Assembly: GCA_051362555.1 (NCBI GenBank)
Contig: CM120640.1
Coordinates: 20,026,001 to 20,090,000, forward strand
Direction of reading: 5' to 3'
DNA length: 64,000 nt
Source of the DNA: Lingula anatina
Taxonomy: Eukaryota; Animalia; Brachiopoda
Part shown: positions 13,418 to 25,700 of the stretch, one piece after another
Layout: each line of letters starts with the position of its first letter
How positions within the stretch are numbered: the stretch's first letter is position 1
The notes under the pieces: model-generated
Told to the model about the DNA's origin: nothing
Databases searched by the model: none
What the model saw: the letters and a program-made list of their open reading frames with translations, nothing else
Made by a program: the position numbers and the translations under genes

Positions 13418-13873
13418 AGTACTTGGAATAGAAATTTAACGGACGTACCTGATGACTTTTCCAAGAAAGAACTGAAAACGTATCTCATAGACAGCAAGGA
13501 TAGGACATACGATAAGAAATTTGTGCGGACATTCAAAAGTCTGAAACTTATTATTCAAGATGGATATGTGCAGAAAATCTACACAACAGCTTTAGTGGAC
13601 CACTCTGTGTCACCAGAAAACTGCCATGTTTAAAGCTAGACGAAAACAACAGGCCATATTTGAATCAGAACCATAGCTTGCCTACTTCACTCAAGTCCAG
13701 GGTCAAATGGCTGTGCACAACATTCATGTGTATGATTTTGTTTTGTGCATAGAGAAGGATCTCTTCATTGAATCTGTTCTGTTTGATGCTGTTCATTGGG
13801 TATCTGTGGTTCCTAAACTGACCAGTTTTTACAAGACATTCATTTTGACAGAGTTGGTGTACACTACTATTAA
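13418..13873 (+). pseudogene. Frameshifted remnant of transposon YqaJ-like (lambda-exonuclease fold) protein
   Basis: Three pieces in different frames: STWNRNLTDVPDDFSKKELKTYLIDSKDRTYDKKFVRTFKSLKLIIQDGYVQKI / LPCLKLDENNRPYLNQNH / AYFTQVQGQMAVHNIHVYDFVLCIEKDLFIESVLFDAVHWVSVVPKLTSFYKTFILTELV. The last matches the H-x-Y-Y-x-Q-V-Q-G-Q-M...(C)DFV...FD...W....PKL..FY...IL.EL pattern of eukaryotic YqaJ domains. Recognised by eye, not by HMM. Confidence 0.8.
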
Positions 13874-14691
13874 ACATTTTTTTTCATTTTTTTTCATTCA
13901 AAAATTCAAGCTTTATTCTACACATGCATTAAATACCAAACTGAGAATATGTGCAATATTATTCTGCATTGTGATCTTGGGTTGTGAAAATCTTTAGTGT
14001 TTTATTTTCATGCTGTTATAATAATCCTTGCATGATAATAGTCTTTTTTTTTTTTTTTTGAAAAATATTTTTTCTTTTGTGTATTTAACATGGATATAGA
14101 TATTGAATAACACTGTGATAAAGTAAATGTTTTAAAATATGGTTGTATCAGATGGTGCTTTTATATAGGTTTTACTGGAATACAGTAGAAAGGAAATGGT
14201 TCTCAGGAGTGAACTTTCATCTTTTTAGACTAGATTTTTATTTTATTGATCAGTTGATGCAGGATTCAAGTGCAGTTTCTATATATTTTATGTATTTAGC
14301 AGTGCAATGGATATTTAATTACATTGTGATATAGTAATGTTTTTAATTATAACTTGGTCTCAGATGATGGTGCTTTAAATTAATATTTCCCATGTAGGTT
14401 GGTTTAATTTTACTCAGGTTTTAATGTGCAGCTTTTTTAGATTAATTTTAACTGGAAGATGGCACGATGCTAGTGCATTTACTAGTACAGTAATTTATTT
14501 GCAGCAACAGCTCAGCAGTGAACAAATCAAATATCTCTGTGATTATATTTTTGTACGCAGTTTTACTTTTCTAAATAAAACGATGAAAGAAAGTAAATGT
14601 GCTGTGATCAGCTTCTTCAATATAATTTTTCTACTCTCCGCCGCTTCGGCCCATGTCGCACTTGAAATACTGTTTAGCCATTTTGTGTGAC

Positions 14692-14979
14692 TTTGGTAAA
14701 TCAGCTGATGGTACTGCATCAATAGTCATACTATCTTTCCTGTTTGGTTTCCCGGATTGGAAGTGACAGCCACATACTTTGAAGTTGTCAGTTATATTTT
14801 GCAATGAAATGTTCGAACGACCAGCAGCACTAATCCATAGCAATTTCAGATGTCTGGCCTTTGGAAATACAAAAAAAAAAAGAAAAAAAAAGAAAAAAGA
14901 AAAAAAAACTACAAACATTGTCTATTCTACCTCTCCGGTGGCTGCAGTTATACACACAGCAGTTGTCATGACTACCCAT
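14692..14979 (-). pseudogene. THAP zinc-finger domain remnant (transposase N-terminus), frameshifted by an A/T-rich tract
   Basis: MGSHDNCCVYNCSHRRGRIDNVCSF /frameshift in T-rich tract 14871-14908/ VFPKARHLKLLWISAAGRSNISLQNITDNFKVCGCHFQSGKPNRKDSMTIDAVPSADLPK. This has the C2CH ligands, the conserved P, W and F, and the AVP box of THAP domains. Confidence 0.85.
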
Positions 14980-15243
14980 TACCGATAAATGCGAAGAGCG
15001 GGATATCTACTTTACATCGTGACAGCCGTCCATGAAGGCCCCTTCAACTCTTGCCCCCTGAGAAACAGTCCCGCACAAAATGGCGCGAACTGCGCATGCA
15101 CACGATTTCGTGGAAAACACTCTATTAGATAAGTATATGCACTCTTTGCCATGCTGTTTGTTGATGATTCTATTGAAAGACTAAACACTCAAAGACTCAA
15201 ATCAATATCAAAGACTTTAAAACATAAGGTGCTCAATTGCCTG

Positions 15244-15583
15244 CACTAGTAGGCTTGATTTGGTCTTGAAGTGCAATTTAAGATCACAAATAGTCTTACA
15301 TGATCGTAAACCTTGATTCAGACCATTTCTGCACTGACAGCCAATTAAGTTGTCTCCCCTTACTCATTCTCCCATTGTGAGCAGAGGTGTCCTCTATTGT
15401 GAGGAGAGGTATCCCCCATTGTGAGGAGAGGAAGCTGCTTGATTACGTAAGTGGATGTTAGATCATTTTTAATCTTAAAAGCAGATTCAGTCCATTTTAA
15501 GACTACTGCTGTAATGATCAAGACAGTGTTAGATCATTTGTGATCTTAAATTGCACTTTAAGACCAAATCCAGCCCACTAGTG
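15244..15583. mobile_element. 340-bp MITE with CACTA termini and 3-bp TSD (CACTA/EnSpm-like)
   Basis: ~50-bp imperfect TIRs: CACTAGTAGGCTTGATTTGGTCTTGAAGTGCAATTTAAGATCACAAAT versus the reverse complement of ATTTGTGATCTTAAATTGCACTTTAAGACCAAATCCAGCCCACTAGTG. CTG on both flanks (15241-15243, 15584-15586). Internal 3x22-bp repeat at 15368-15433 and a repeated subterminal GTTAGATCATTT..ATCTTAAA. Confidence 0.88.
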
Positions 15584-15783
15584 CTGGTTTCCCTATATTG
15601 ATAATGAAAGATATAAATTAAAGGGTTTTATCCCAGGTTTTCCCCAGAGCCTGTCCATAAAGTGTTCTTTTATTAATATGTTTTGCTTTGTTTATATTCT
15701 AAATATTATATGTAGAGTGAATGTCTCCAACATGTTTAATGAAAAAAAAGATGTTTTTTTATTCTGGTAAAAAATGAAGGCAT

Positions 15784-15851
15784 GTTCAGTTAACAAATAT
15801 AATCCCCAGACTTGTTATTTAATTTTAATGGAGTTGCTTGCTTGTGCACTT
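15784..15851 (+). repeat. ~67-bp diverged direct repeat, copy 2
   Basis: Aligns by eye to 13191-13257, with shared cores acaaatataatccccaga and tttaatggagttgctt. Confidence 0.8.
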
Positions 15852-16617
15852 GACTCATTTTATGGCATTATATAATGCATTTTAATGTGTGCAATTTGAA
15901 TAATTAAATTAGTATACACCACAAAATAGTGCAGCATTGAATCCAACTTGGATAAGGAATTTGTATATAAGATGTTCTGAAGTAATATCTGGGGAGTTCG
16001 GAGAGAGGAGATTTAGAGTAACTGCTTGGGTTTCAGGTGGCTAGTATCATCCTTTTTGACATGAAATTTGTACTGAAGTAATATTGTTAGGTGAATTTCA
16101 CATGGCTTAATTTTATGCCCTGCAGTTGCAGTCATTCTTAACACAACAATTTAAATATAAGGGTTCATACTGTTTTCTGCACAAGTGACATCAAGTGCCC
16201 CAAACTAAGAACAATTACATCGTGCATGAGCCATTAATAAATCGACAAATGACTATGTACCTATTTGCAATATAAAGGGTAATGCGCCTTCTTGATGAAT
16301 GCCAAATTTCACATTCATTCAGCAATCCACTTTACAGAGCAAGACAAGAGAAATATAATTTTTTGTTCAAAATATATGTACTGTACATTATTATTCTTTA
16401 TTTTATTTTATTGAATGTGAATATTTATATACTAAGCTATCAAAGCTGTGTATTTTTTAAAAGAATTTAAACTCTCAAATGCATCATACTATTCTTTGAG
16501 CCTAAGAGAGAAAGACAGGAAAAACAAACAGTTAAAAGGAGAGCTGTGCTTAGCTCACACACCCCATTTCTTTGAAAAAATATCACTTTTTCTTTATCTC
16601 TTTTAATAGATAGTAAC

Positions 16618-16620
<3 letters not shown>

Positions 16621-16680
<60 letters not shown>
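16621..16680. repeat. (AT)30 microsatellite
   Basis: Direct reading, about 100 bp upstream of the giant exon's acceptor. Confidence 0.95.
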
Positions 16681-16683
<3 letters not shown>

Positions 16684-16760
16684 AAATCATGTGAAGAGTA
16701 AAATTAGACATTCACATTCTCAAATCAAGCTATTCTTTATGAATCCACCATCAATAAGAC

Positions 16761-16782
16761 CTTTATTTTCCCTTTATAATAG
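16761..16782 (+). other. 3' splice acceptor of the giant exon
   Basis: Polypyrimidine tract ctttattttccctttataat followed by AG at 16781-16782. An in-frame TAA at 16755-16757 and no ATG before the repeats show that the frame must be entered by splicing. An alternative CAG lies at 16785-16787. Confidence 0.75.
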
Positions 16783-19700
16783 GTCAGATAGTTCAAGGAA
16801 CAAGTGCAACATCATCGGCTGCTGACTCAGTTACAGCTCAGTTCACTGCAGCAGTGACAGACAGTGGTCTCTCTACTGACTCTGCTGCTGTTTCAGCTAC
16901 TGACAGTGCAAGTACTGCAACCTCTGATGTAACATCAACCACAGCTGTAGCATCCACTAAGTCATCCTCCATACTAGCAACTTCTACAACATCAGCTGCT
17001 GACTCAGTTTCAACTCAGTTCACAGCAGCATTGACAGACAGTGGTCTCTCTACTGATTTTGCTGCTCTAACAGCTACTGACAGTGCAAGTACTGCAACTT
17101 CTGATGTAACGTCAACCACAGCTGTCACTACGGGAACAATATCTACCATAACATCAAGTGAGTCATCCTCAATACTGGCAAGTGCTACAACATCAGCTGC
17201 TGACTCAGTTTCAACTCAGTTCACTGCAGCAGTGACAGACACTGGTCTCTCTACTGACTCTGCTGCTGTTTCAGCTACTGACATTGCAAGCAGTGCAACC
17301 TCTGATGTAACGTCAACCACAGCTGTCACTACAGGAACAATATCCACTGAGTCATCCTCCATACTGGCAAGTGCTACAACATCAGCTGCTGACTCAGTTT
17401 CAGCTCAGTTCACTGCAGCTGTGACAGACAGTGGTCTCTCTACTGACTCTGCTGCTGTTTCAGCTACCGACAGTGCCAGTAGTGCAACATCTGATGTAAC
17501 GTCAACCACAGCTGTCATTACGGGAACAATATCTACCATAACATCAAGTGAGTCATCTTCCATACTGGCAAGTGCTACATCATCAGCTGCTGACTCAGTT
17601 TCAACTCGGTTCACTGCATCTGTGACAGACGGTGGTCTTTCTACTGACTCTGTGGCTGTTTCAGCTACTGACAATGCAAGTACTGCAACCTCTGATGTAA
17701 CGTCAACCACAGCTGTAGAATCCAGTGAGTCATCCTCCATACTGGCAACTGCTACAACATCAGCTGCTGACTCAGTTTCAACTCAGTTCACAGCAGCATT
17801 GACAGACAGTGGTCTCTCTACTGATTCTGCTGCTCTATCAGCTACTGACAGTGCAAGTACTGCAACTTCTGATGTAACGTTAACCACAGCTGTCACTATG
17901 GGAACAATATCTACCATAGCATCCACTGAGTCATCCTCCATACTGGCAAGTGCTACAACATCAGCTGCTGACTCAGTTTCAGCTCAGTTCACTGCAGCAG
18001 TGACAGACAGTGGTCTCTCTACTGACTCTGCGGCTATTTCAGCTACTGACAGTGCAAGTACTGCAACCTCTGATGTAACGTCAACCACAGCTGTATCATC
18101 CAGTGAGTCATCCTCCATACTGGCAACTGCTACAACATCAGCTGCTGACTCAGTTTCAACTCAGTTCACAGCAGCATTGACAGACAGTGGTCTCTCTTCT
18201 GATTCTGCTGCTCTATCAGCTACTGACAGTGCAAGTACTGCAACTTCTGATGTAACGTCAACCACAGCTGTCACTACGGGAACAATATCTACTATAGCAT
18301 CCACTGAGTCATCCTCAATACTGGCAAGTGCTACAACATCAGCTGCTGACTCAGTTTCAACTCAGTTCACTGCAGCAGTGACAGACACTGGTCTCTCTAC
18401 TGACTCTGCTGTTGTTTCAGCTACTGACATTGCAAGCAGTGCAACCTCTGATGTTACGTCAACCACAGCTGTCACTACAGGAACAATATCTACCATAGCA
18501 TCCACTGAGTCATCCTCCATACAGGCAAGTGCTACAACATCAGCTGCTGACTCAGTTTCAGCTCAGTTCACTGCAGCAGTGACAGACACTGGTCTCTCTA
18601 CTGACTCTGCTGCTGTTTCAGCTACCGACAGTGCAAGTAGTGCAACATCTGATGTAACGTCGACCACAGCTGTCACTATGGAAACAATATCTACCATAAC
18701 ATCAAGTGAGTCATCTTCCATACTGGCAAGTGCTACATTATCAGCTGCTAACTCAGTTACAGCTCAGTTCCCTGCAGCAGTGACAAACAGTGGTCTCTCT
18801 ACTGACTCTGCTGCTGTTTCAGCTACTGACAGTGCAAGTACTGCAACTTCTGATGTAACGTCAACCACAGCTGTCACTACGGGAACAATATCTACTATAG
18901 CATCCACTGAGTCATCCTCAATACTGGCAAGTGCTACAACATCAGCTGCTGACTCAGTTTCAACTCAGTTCACTGCAGCAGTGACAGACACTGGTCTCTC
19001 TACTGACTCTGCTGTTGTTTCAGCTACTGACATTGCAAGCAGTGCAACCTCTGATGTAACGTCAACCACAGCTGTCACTACAGGAACAATATCTACCATA
19101 GCATCCACTGAGTCATCCTCCATACAGGCAAGTGCTACAACATCAGCTGCTGACTCAGTTTCAGCTCAGTTCACTGCAGCAGTGACAGACAGTGGTCTCT
19201 CTACTGACTCTGCTGCTGTTTCAGCTACCGACAGTGCAAGTAGTGCAACATCTGATGTAACGTCGACTACAGCTGTCACTATGGAAACAATATCTACCAT
19301 AACATCAAGTGAGTCATCTTCCATACTGGCAAGTGCTACATTATCAGCTGCTGACTCAGTTACAGCTCAGTTCCCTGCAGCAGTGACAGACAGTGGTCTC
19401 TCTACTGACTCTGCTGCTGTTTCAGCTACTGACAGTGCAAGTACTGCAACCTCTGTAGTAACGTCAACCACAGCTGTATCATCCAGTGAGTCATCCTCCA
19501 TACTAGCAACTGCTACAACATCAGCTGCTGACTCAGTTTCAACTCAGTTCACAGCAGCATTGACAGACAGTGGTCTCTTTACTGATTCTGCTGCTCTATC
19601 AGCTACTGACAGTGCAAGTACTGCAACTTCTGATGTAACGTTAACCACAGCTGTCACTACGGGAACAATATCTACCATAGCATCCACTGAGTCATCCTCC

Positions 19701-22700
19701 ATACTGGCAAGTGCTACAACATCAGCTGCTGACTCAGTTTCAGCTCAGTTCACTGCAGCAGTGACAGACAGTGGTCTCTCTACTGACTCTGCTGCTGTTT
19801 CAGCTACTGACAGTGCAAGTACTGCAACCTCTGATGTAACGTCAACCACAGCTGTATCATCCAGTGAGTCATCCTCCATACTGGCAACTGCTACAACATC
19901 AGCTGCTGACTCAGTTTCAACTCAGTTCACAGCAGCATTGACAGACAGTGGTCTCTCTTCTGATTCTGCTGCTCTATCAGCTACTGACAGTGCAAGTACT
20001 GCAACTTCTGATGTAACGTCAACCACAGCTGTCACTACGGGAACAATATCTACTATAGCATCCACTGAGTCATCCTCAATACTGGCAAGTGCTACAACAT
20101 CAGCTGCTGACTCAGTTTCAACTCAGTTCACAGCAGCATTGACAGACAGTGGTCTCTCTTCTCATTCTGCTGCTCTATCAGCTACTGACAGTGCAAGTAC
20201 TGCAACTTCTGATGTAACGTCAACCACAGCTGTCACTGCGGGAACAATATCTACCATAGCATCCAGTGAGTCATCCTCCATACTGGCAAGTGCTACAACA
20301 TCAGCTGCTGACTCAGTTTCAACACAGTTCACTGCATCAGTGACAGGCAGTGGTCTTTCTACTGACTCTGCTGCTGTTTCAGCTACTGACATTGCAAGTA
20401 CTGCAACCTCTGATGTAACGTCAACCACAGCTGTAGCATCCAGTGAGTCATCCTCCATACTGGCAAGTGCTACATCATCAGTTGCTGACTCAGTTACAGC
20501 TCAGTTCACTGCAGCAGTGACAGACAGTGGTCTCTCTACTGACTCTGCTGCTGTTTCAGCTACTGACAGTGCAAGTACTGCAACCTCTGATGTAACATCA
20601 ACCACAGCTGTATCATCCAGTGAGTCATCCTCCATACTGGCAACTGCTACAACATCAGCTGCTGACTCAGTTTCAACTCAGTTCACTGCAGCAGTGACAG
20701 ACACTGGTCTCTCTACTGACTCTGCTGTTGTTTCAGCTACTGACATTGCAAGCAGTGCAACCTCTGATGTAACGTCAACCACAGCTGTCACTACAGGAAC
20801 AATATCTACCATAGCATCCACTGAGTCATCCTCCATACAGGCAAGTGCTACAACATCAGCTGCTGACTCAGTTTCAGCTCAGTTCACTGCAGCAGTGACA
20901 AACAGTGGTCTCTCTACTGACTCTGCTGCTGTTTCAGCTACCGACAGTGCAAGTAGTGCAACATCTGATGTAACGTTGACCACAGCTGTCACTATGGAAA
21001 CAATATCTACCATAACATCAAGTGAGTCATCTTCCATACTGGCAAGTGCTACATTATCAGCTGCTGACTCAGTTACAGCTCAGTTCCCTGCAGCAGTGAC
21101 AGACAGTGGTCTCTCTACTGACTCTGCTGCTGTTTCAGCTACTGACAGTGCAAGTACTGCAACCTCTGTAGTAACGTCAACCACAGCTGTATCATCCAGT
21201 GAGTCATCCTCCATACTGGCAACTGCTACAACATCAGCTGCTGACTCAGTTTCAACTCAGTTCACAGCAGCATTGACAGACAGTGGTCTCTCTTCTGATT
21301 CTGCTGCTCTATCAGCTACTGACAGTGCAAGTACTGCAACTTCTGAGTTAACGTCAACCACAGCTGTCACTACGGGAACAATATCTACTATAGCATCCAC
21401 TGAGTCATCCTCAATACTGGCAAGTGCTACAACATCAGCTGCTGACTCAGTTTCAACTCAGTTCACAGCAGCATTGACAGACAGTGGTCTCTCTACTGAT
21501 TCTGCTGCTCTAACAGCTACTGACAGTGCAAGTACTGCAACTTCTGATGTAACGTCAACCACAGCTGTCACTATGGGAACAATATCTACCATAGCATCCA
21601 CTGAGTCATCCTCAATACTGGCAACTGCTACAACAGCAGCTGCTGACTCAATTTCAACTCAGTTCACAGCAGCATTGACAGACAGTGGTCTCTTTACTGA
21701 TTCTGCTGCTCTATCAGCTACTGACAGTGCAAGTACTGCAAGTTCTGATGTAATGTTAACCACAGCTGTCCCTACGGGAACAATATCTACCATAGCATCC
21801 ACTGAGTCATCCTCCATACTGGCAAGTGCTACAACATCAGCTGCTGACTCAGTTTCAGCTCAGCTCACTGCAGCGGTGACAGACAGTGGTCTCTCTACTG
21901 ACTCTGCGGCTATTTCAGCTACTGAGAGTGCAAGTACTGCAACCTCTGATGTAACGTCAACCACAGCTGTATCATCCAGTGAGTCATCCTCCATACTGGC
22001 AACTGCTACAACATCAGCTGCTGACTCAGTTTCAACTCAGTTCACAGCAGCATTGACAGACAGTGGTCTCTCTTCTCATTCTGCTGCTCTATCTGCTACT
22101 GACAGTGCAAGTACTGCAACTTCTGATGTAACGTCAACCACAGCTGTCACTGCGGGAACAATATCTACCATAGCATCCAGTGAGTCATCCTCCATACTGG
22201 CAAGTGCTACAACATCAGCTGCTGACTCAGTTTCAACTCAGTTCACTGCATCAGTGACAGGCAGTGGTCTTTCTACTGACTCTGCTGCTGTTTCAGCTAC
22301 TGACATTGCAAGTACTGCAACATCTGATGTAACGTCAACCACAGCTGTAGCATCCAGTGAGTCATCCTCCATACTGGCAAGTGCTACATCATTAGTTGCT
22401 GACTCAGTTACAGCTCAGTTCACTGCAGCAGTAACAGACAGTGGTCTCTCTACTGACTCTGCTGCTGTTTCAGCTACTGACAGTGCAAGTACTGCAACCT
22501 CTGATGTAACATCAACAACAGCTGTAGCATCCACTGAGTCATCCTCCATACTAGCAACTGCTACAACATCAGCTGCTGACTCAGTTTCAACTCAGTTCAC
22601 AGCAGCATTGACAGACAGTGGTCTCTCTACTGATTCTGCTGCTCTAACATCTACTGACAGTGCAAGTACTACAACTTCTGATGTAACGTCAACCACAGCT

Positions 22701-25700
22701 GTCACTACGGGAACAATATCTACCATAGCATCCAGTGAGTCATCCTCCATACTGGCAAGTGCTACAACATCAGCTGCTGACTCAGTTTCAACTCAGTTCA
22801 CTGCATCAGTGACAGGCAGTGGTCTTTCTACTGACTCTGCTGCTGTTTCAGCTACTGACAGTGCAAGTACTGCAACCTCTGATGTAACGTCAACCACAGC
22901 TGTAGCATCCAGTGAGTCATCCTCCATACTGGCAAGTGCTACATCATCAGCTGCTGACTCAGTTACAGCTCAGTTCACTGCAGCAGTGACAGACAGTGGT
23001 CTCTCTACTGACTCTGCTTCTGTTTCAGCTACTGACAGTGCAAGTACTGCAACCTCTGATGTAACATCAACCACAGCTGTGGCATCCACTGAGTCATCCT
23101 CCATACTAGCAACTGCTACAACATCAGCTGCTGACTCAGTTTCAACTCAGTTCACAGCAGCATTGACAGACAGTGGTCTCTCTACTGATTCTGCTGCTCT
23201 TACAGCTACTGACAGTGCAAGTACTGCAACTTCTGATGTAACGTCAACCACAGCTGTCACTACGGGAACAATATCTACCATAGCATCCACTGAGTCATCC
23301 TCAATACTGGCAAGTGCTACAACATCAGCTGCTGACTCAGTTTCAACTCAATTCACTGCAGCAGTGACAGACACTGGTCTCTCTACTGACTCTGCTGCTG
23401 TTTCAGCTACTGACATTGCAAGCAGTGCAACCTCTGATGTAACGTCAACCACAGCTGTCCCTACAGGAACAATATCTACCATAGCATCCACTGAGTCATC
23501 CTCCATACTGGCAAGTGCTACAACATCAGCTGCTGACTCAGTTTCAGCTCAGTTCACTGCAGCTGTGACAGACAGTGGTCTCTCTACTGACTCTGCTGCT
23601 GTTTCAGCTACCGTCAGTGTAAGTAGTGCAACATCTGATATAACGTCAACCACAGCTGTCATTACGGGAACAATATCTACCATAACATCAAGTGAGTCAT
23701 CTTCCATACTGGCAAGTGCTACATCATCAGCTGCTGACTCAGTTTCAACTCGGTTCACTGCATCAGTGACAGACAGTGGTCTTTCTACTGACTCTGCGGC
23801 TGTTTCAGCTACTGACAATGCAAGTACTGCAACCTCTGATGTAACATCAACCACAGCTGTAGAATCCAGTGAGTCATCCTCCATACTGGCAACTGCTACA
23901 ACATCAGCTGCTGACTCAGTTTCAACTCGGTTCACAGCAGCATTGACAGACATTGGTCTCTTTACTGATTCTGCTGCTCTATCAGCTACTGACAGTGCAA
24001 GTACTGCAACTTCTGATGTAACGTCAACCACAGCTGTCACTACGGGAACAATATCTACCATAGCATCCAGTGAGTCATCCTCCATACTGGCAAGTGCTAC
24101 AACATCAGCTGCTGACTCAGTTTCAACTCAGTTCACTGCATCAGTGACAGGCAGTGGTCTTTCTACTGACTCTGCTGCTGTTTCAGCTACTGACAGTGCA
24201 AGTACTGCAACCTCTGATGTAACGTCAACCACAGCTGTAGCATCCAGTGAGTCATCCTCCATACTGGCAAGTGCTACATCATCAGCTGCTGACTCAGTTA
24301 CAGCTCAGTTCACTGCAGCAGTGACAGACACTGGTCTCTCTACTGACTCTGCTTCTGTTTCAGCTACTGACAGTGCAAGTACTGCAACCTCTGATGTAAC
24401 ATCAACCACAGCTGTAGCATCCAGTGAGTCATCCTCCATACTGGCAAGTGCTACATCATCAGTTGCTGACTCAGTTACAGCTCAGTTCACTGCAGCAGTG
24501 ACAGACAGTGGTCTCTCTACTGACTCTGCTGCTGTTTCAGCTACTGACAGTGCAAGTACTGCAACCTCTGATGTAACATCAACCACCGCTGTATCATCCA
24601 GTGAGTCATCCTCCATACTGGCAACTGCTACAACATCAGCTGCTGACTCAGTTTCAACTCAGTTCACAGCAGCAATGACAGACAGTGGTCTCTCTTCTGA
24701 TTCTGCTGCTCTATCAGCTACTGACAGTGCAAGTACTGCAACTTCTGATGTAACGTCAACCACAGCTGTCACTATGGGAACAATATCTACTATAGCATCC
24801 ACTGAGTCATCCTCAATACTGGCAAGTGCTACAACATCAGCTGCTGACTCAGTTTCAACTCAGTTCACTGCAGCAGTGACAGACACTGGTCTCTCTACTG
24901 ACTCTGCTGCTGTTTCAGCTACCGACAGTGCAAGTAGTGCAACATCTGATGTAACGTCGACCACAGCTGTCACTATGGAAACAATATCTACCATAACATC
25001 AAGTGAGTCATCTTCCATACTGGCAAGTGCTACATTATCAGCTGCTGACTCAGTTACAGCTCAGTTCCCTGCAGCGGTGACAGACAGTGGTCTCTCTACT
25101 GACTCTGCTGCTGTTTCAGCTACTGACAGTGCAAGTACTGCAACCTCTGTAGTAATGTCAACCACAGCTGTAGCATCCACTGAGTCATCCTCCATACTAG
25201 CAACTGCTACAACATCAGCTGCTGACTCAGTTTCAACTCAGTTCACAGCAGCATTGACAGACAGTGGTCTCTCTTCTCATTCTGCTGCTCTATCAGCTAC
25301 TGACAGTGCAAGTACTGCAACTTCTGATGTAACGTCAACCACAGCTGTCACTGCGGGAACAATATCTACCATAGCATCCAGTGAGTCATCCTCCATACTG
25401 GCAAGTGCTACAACATCAGCTGCTGACTCAGTTTCAACACAGTTCACTGCATCAGTGACAGGCAGTGGTCTTTCTACTGACTCTGCTGCTGTTTCAGCTA
25501 CTGACATTGCAAGTACTGCAACCTCTGATGTAACGTCAACCACAGCTGTAGCATCCAGTGAGTCATCCTCCATACTGGCAAGTGCTACATCATCAGTTGC
25601 TGACTCAGTTACAGCTCAGTTCACTGCAGCAGTGACAGACAGTGGTCTCTCTACTGACTCTGCTGCTGTTTCAGCTACTGACAGTGCAAGTACTGCAACC

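Larger units (their letters stand above)
13258..15123. mobile_element. Decayed, internally deleted two-gene DNA transposon, ISL2EU-like (THAP-transposase remnant convergent with YqaJ/lambda-exonuclease remnant)
   Basis: YqaJ-like fragments on + (13418-13873) converge with a THAP domain on - (14979-14692). The right end reads AT|AGAGTGTTTTCC on the minus strand, consistent with the AT target of ISL2EU. There is weak inverted similarity between 13275-13313 and 15043-15081. The left terminus and a DDE catalytic region were not found, so boundaries are approximate. Confidence 0.7.

Noticed and set aside
16854-16856. ORF-track start codon of the giant protein
   Set aside because: It is a GTG (Val) inside the first repeat unit. 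The frame is open from 16758 and is entered by splicing.
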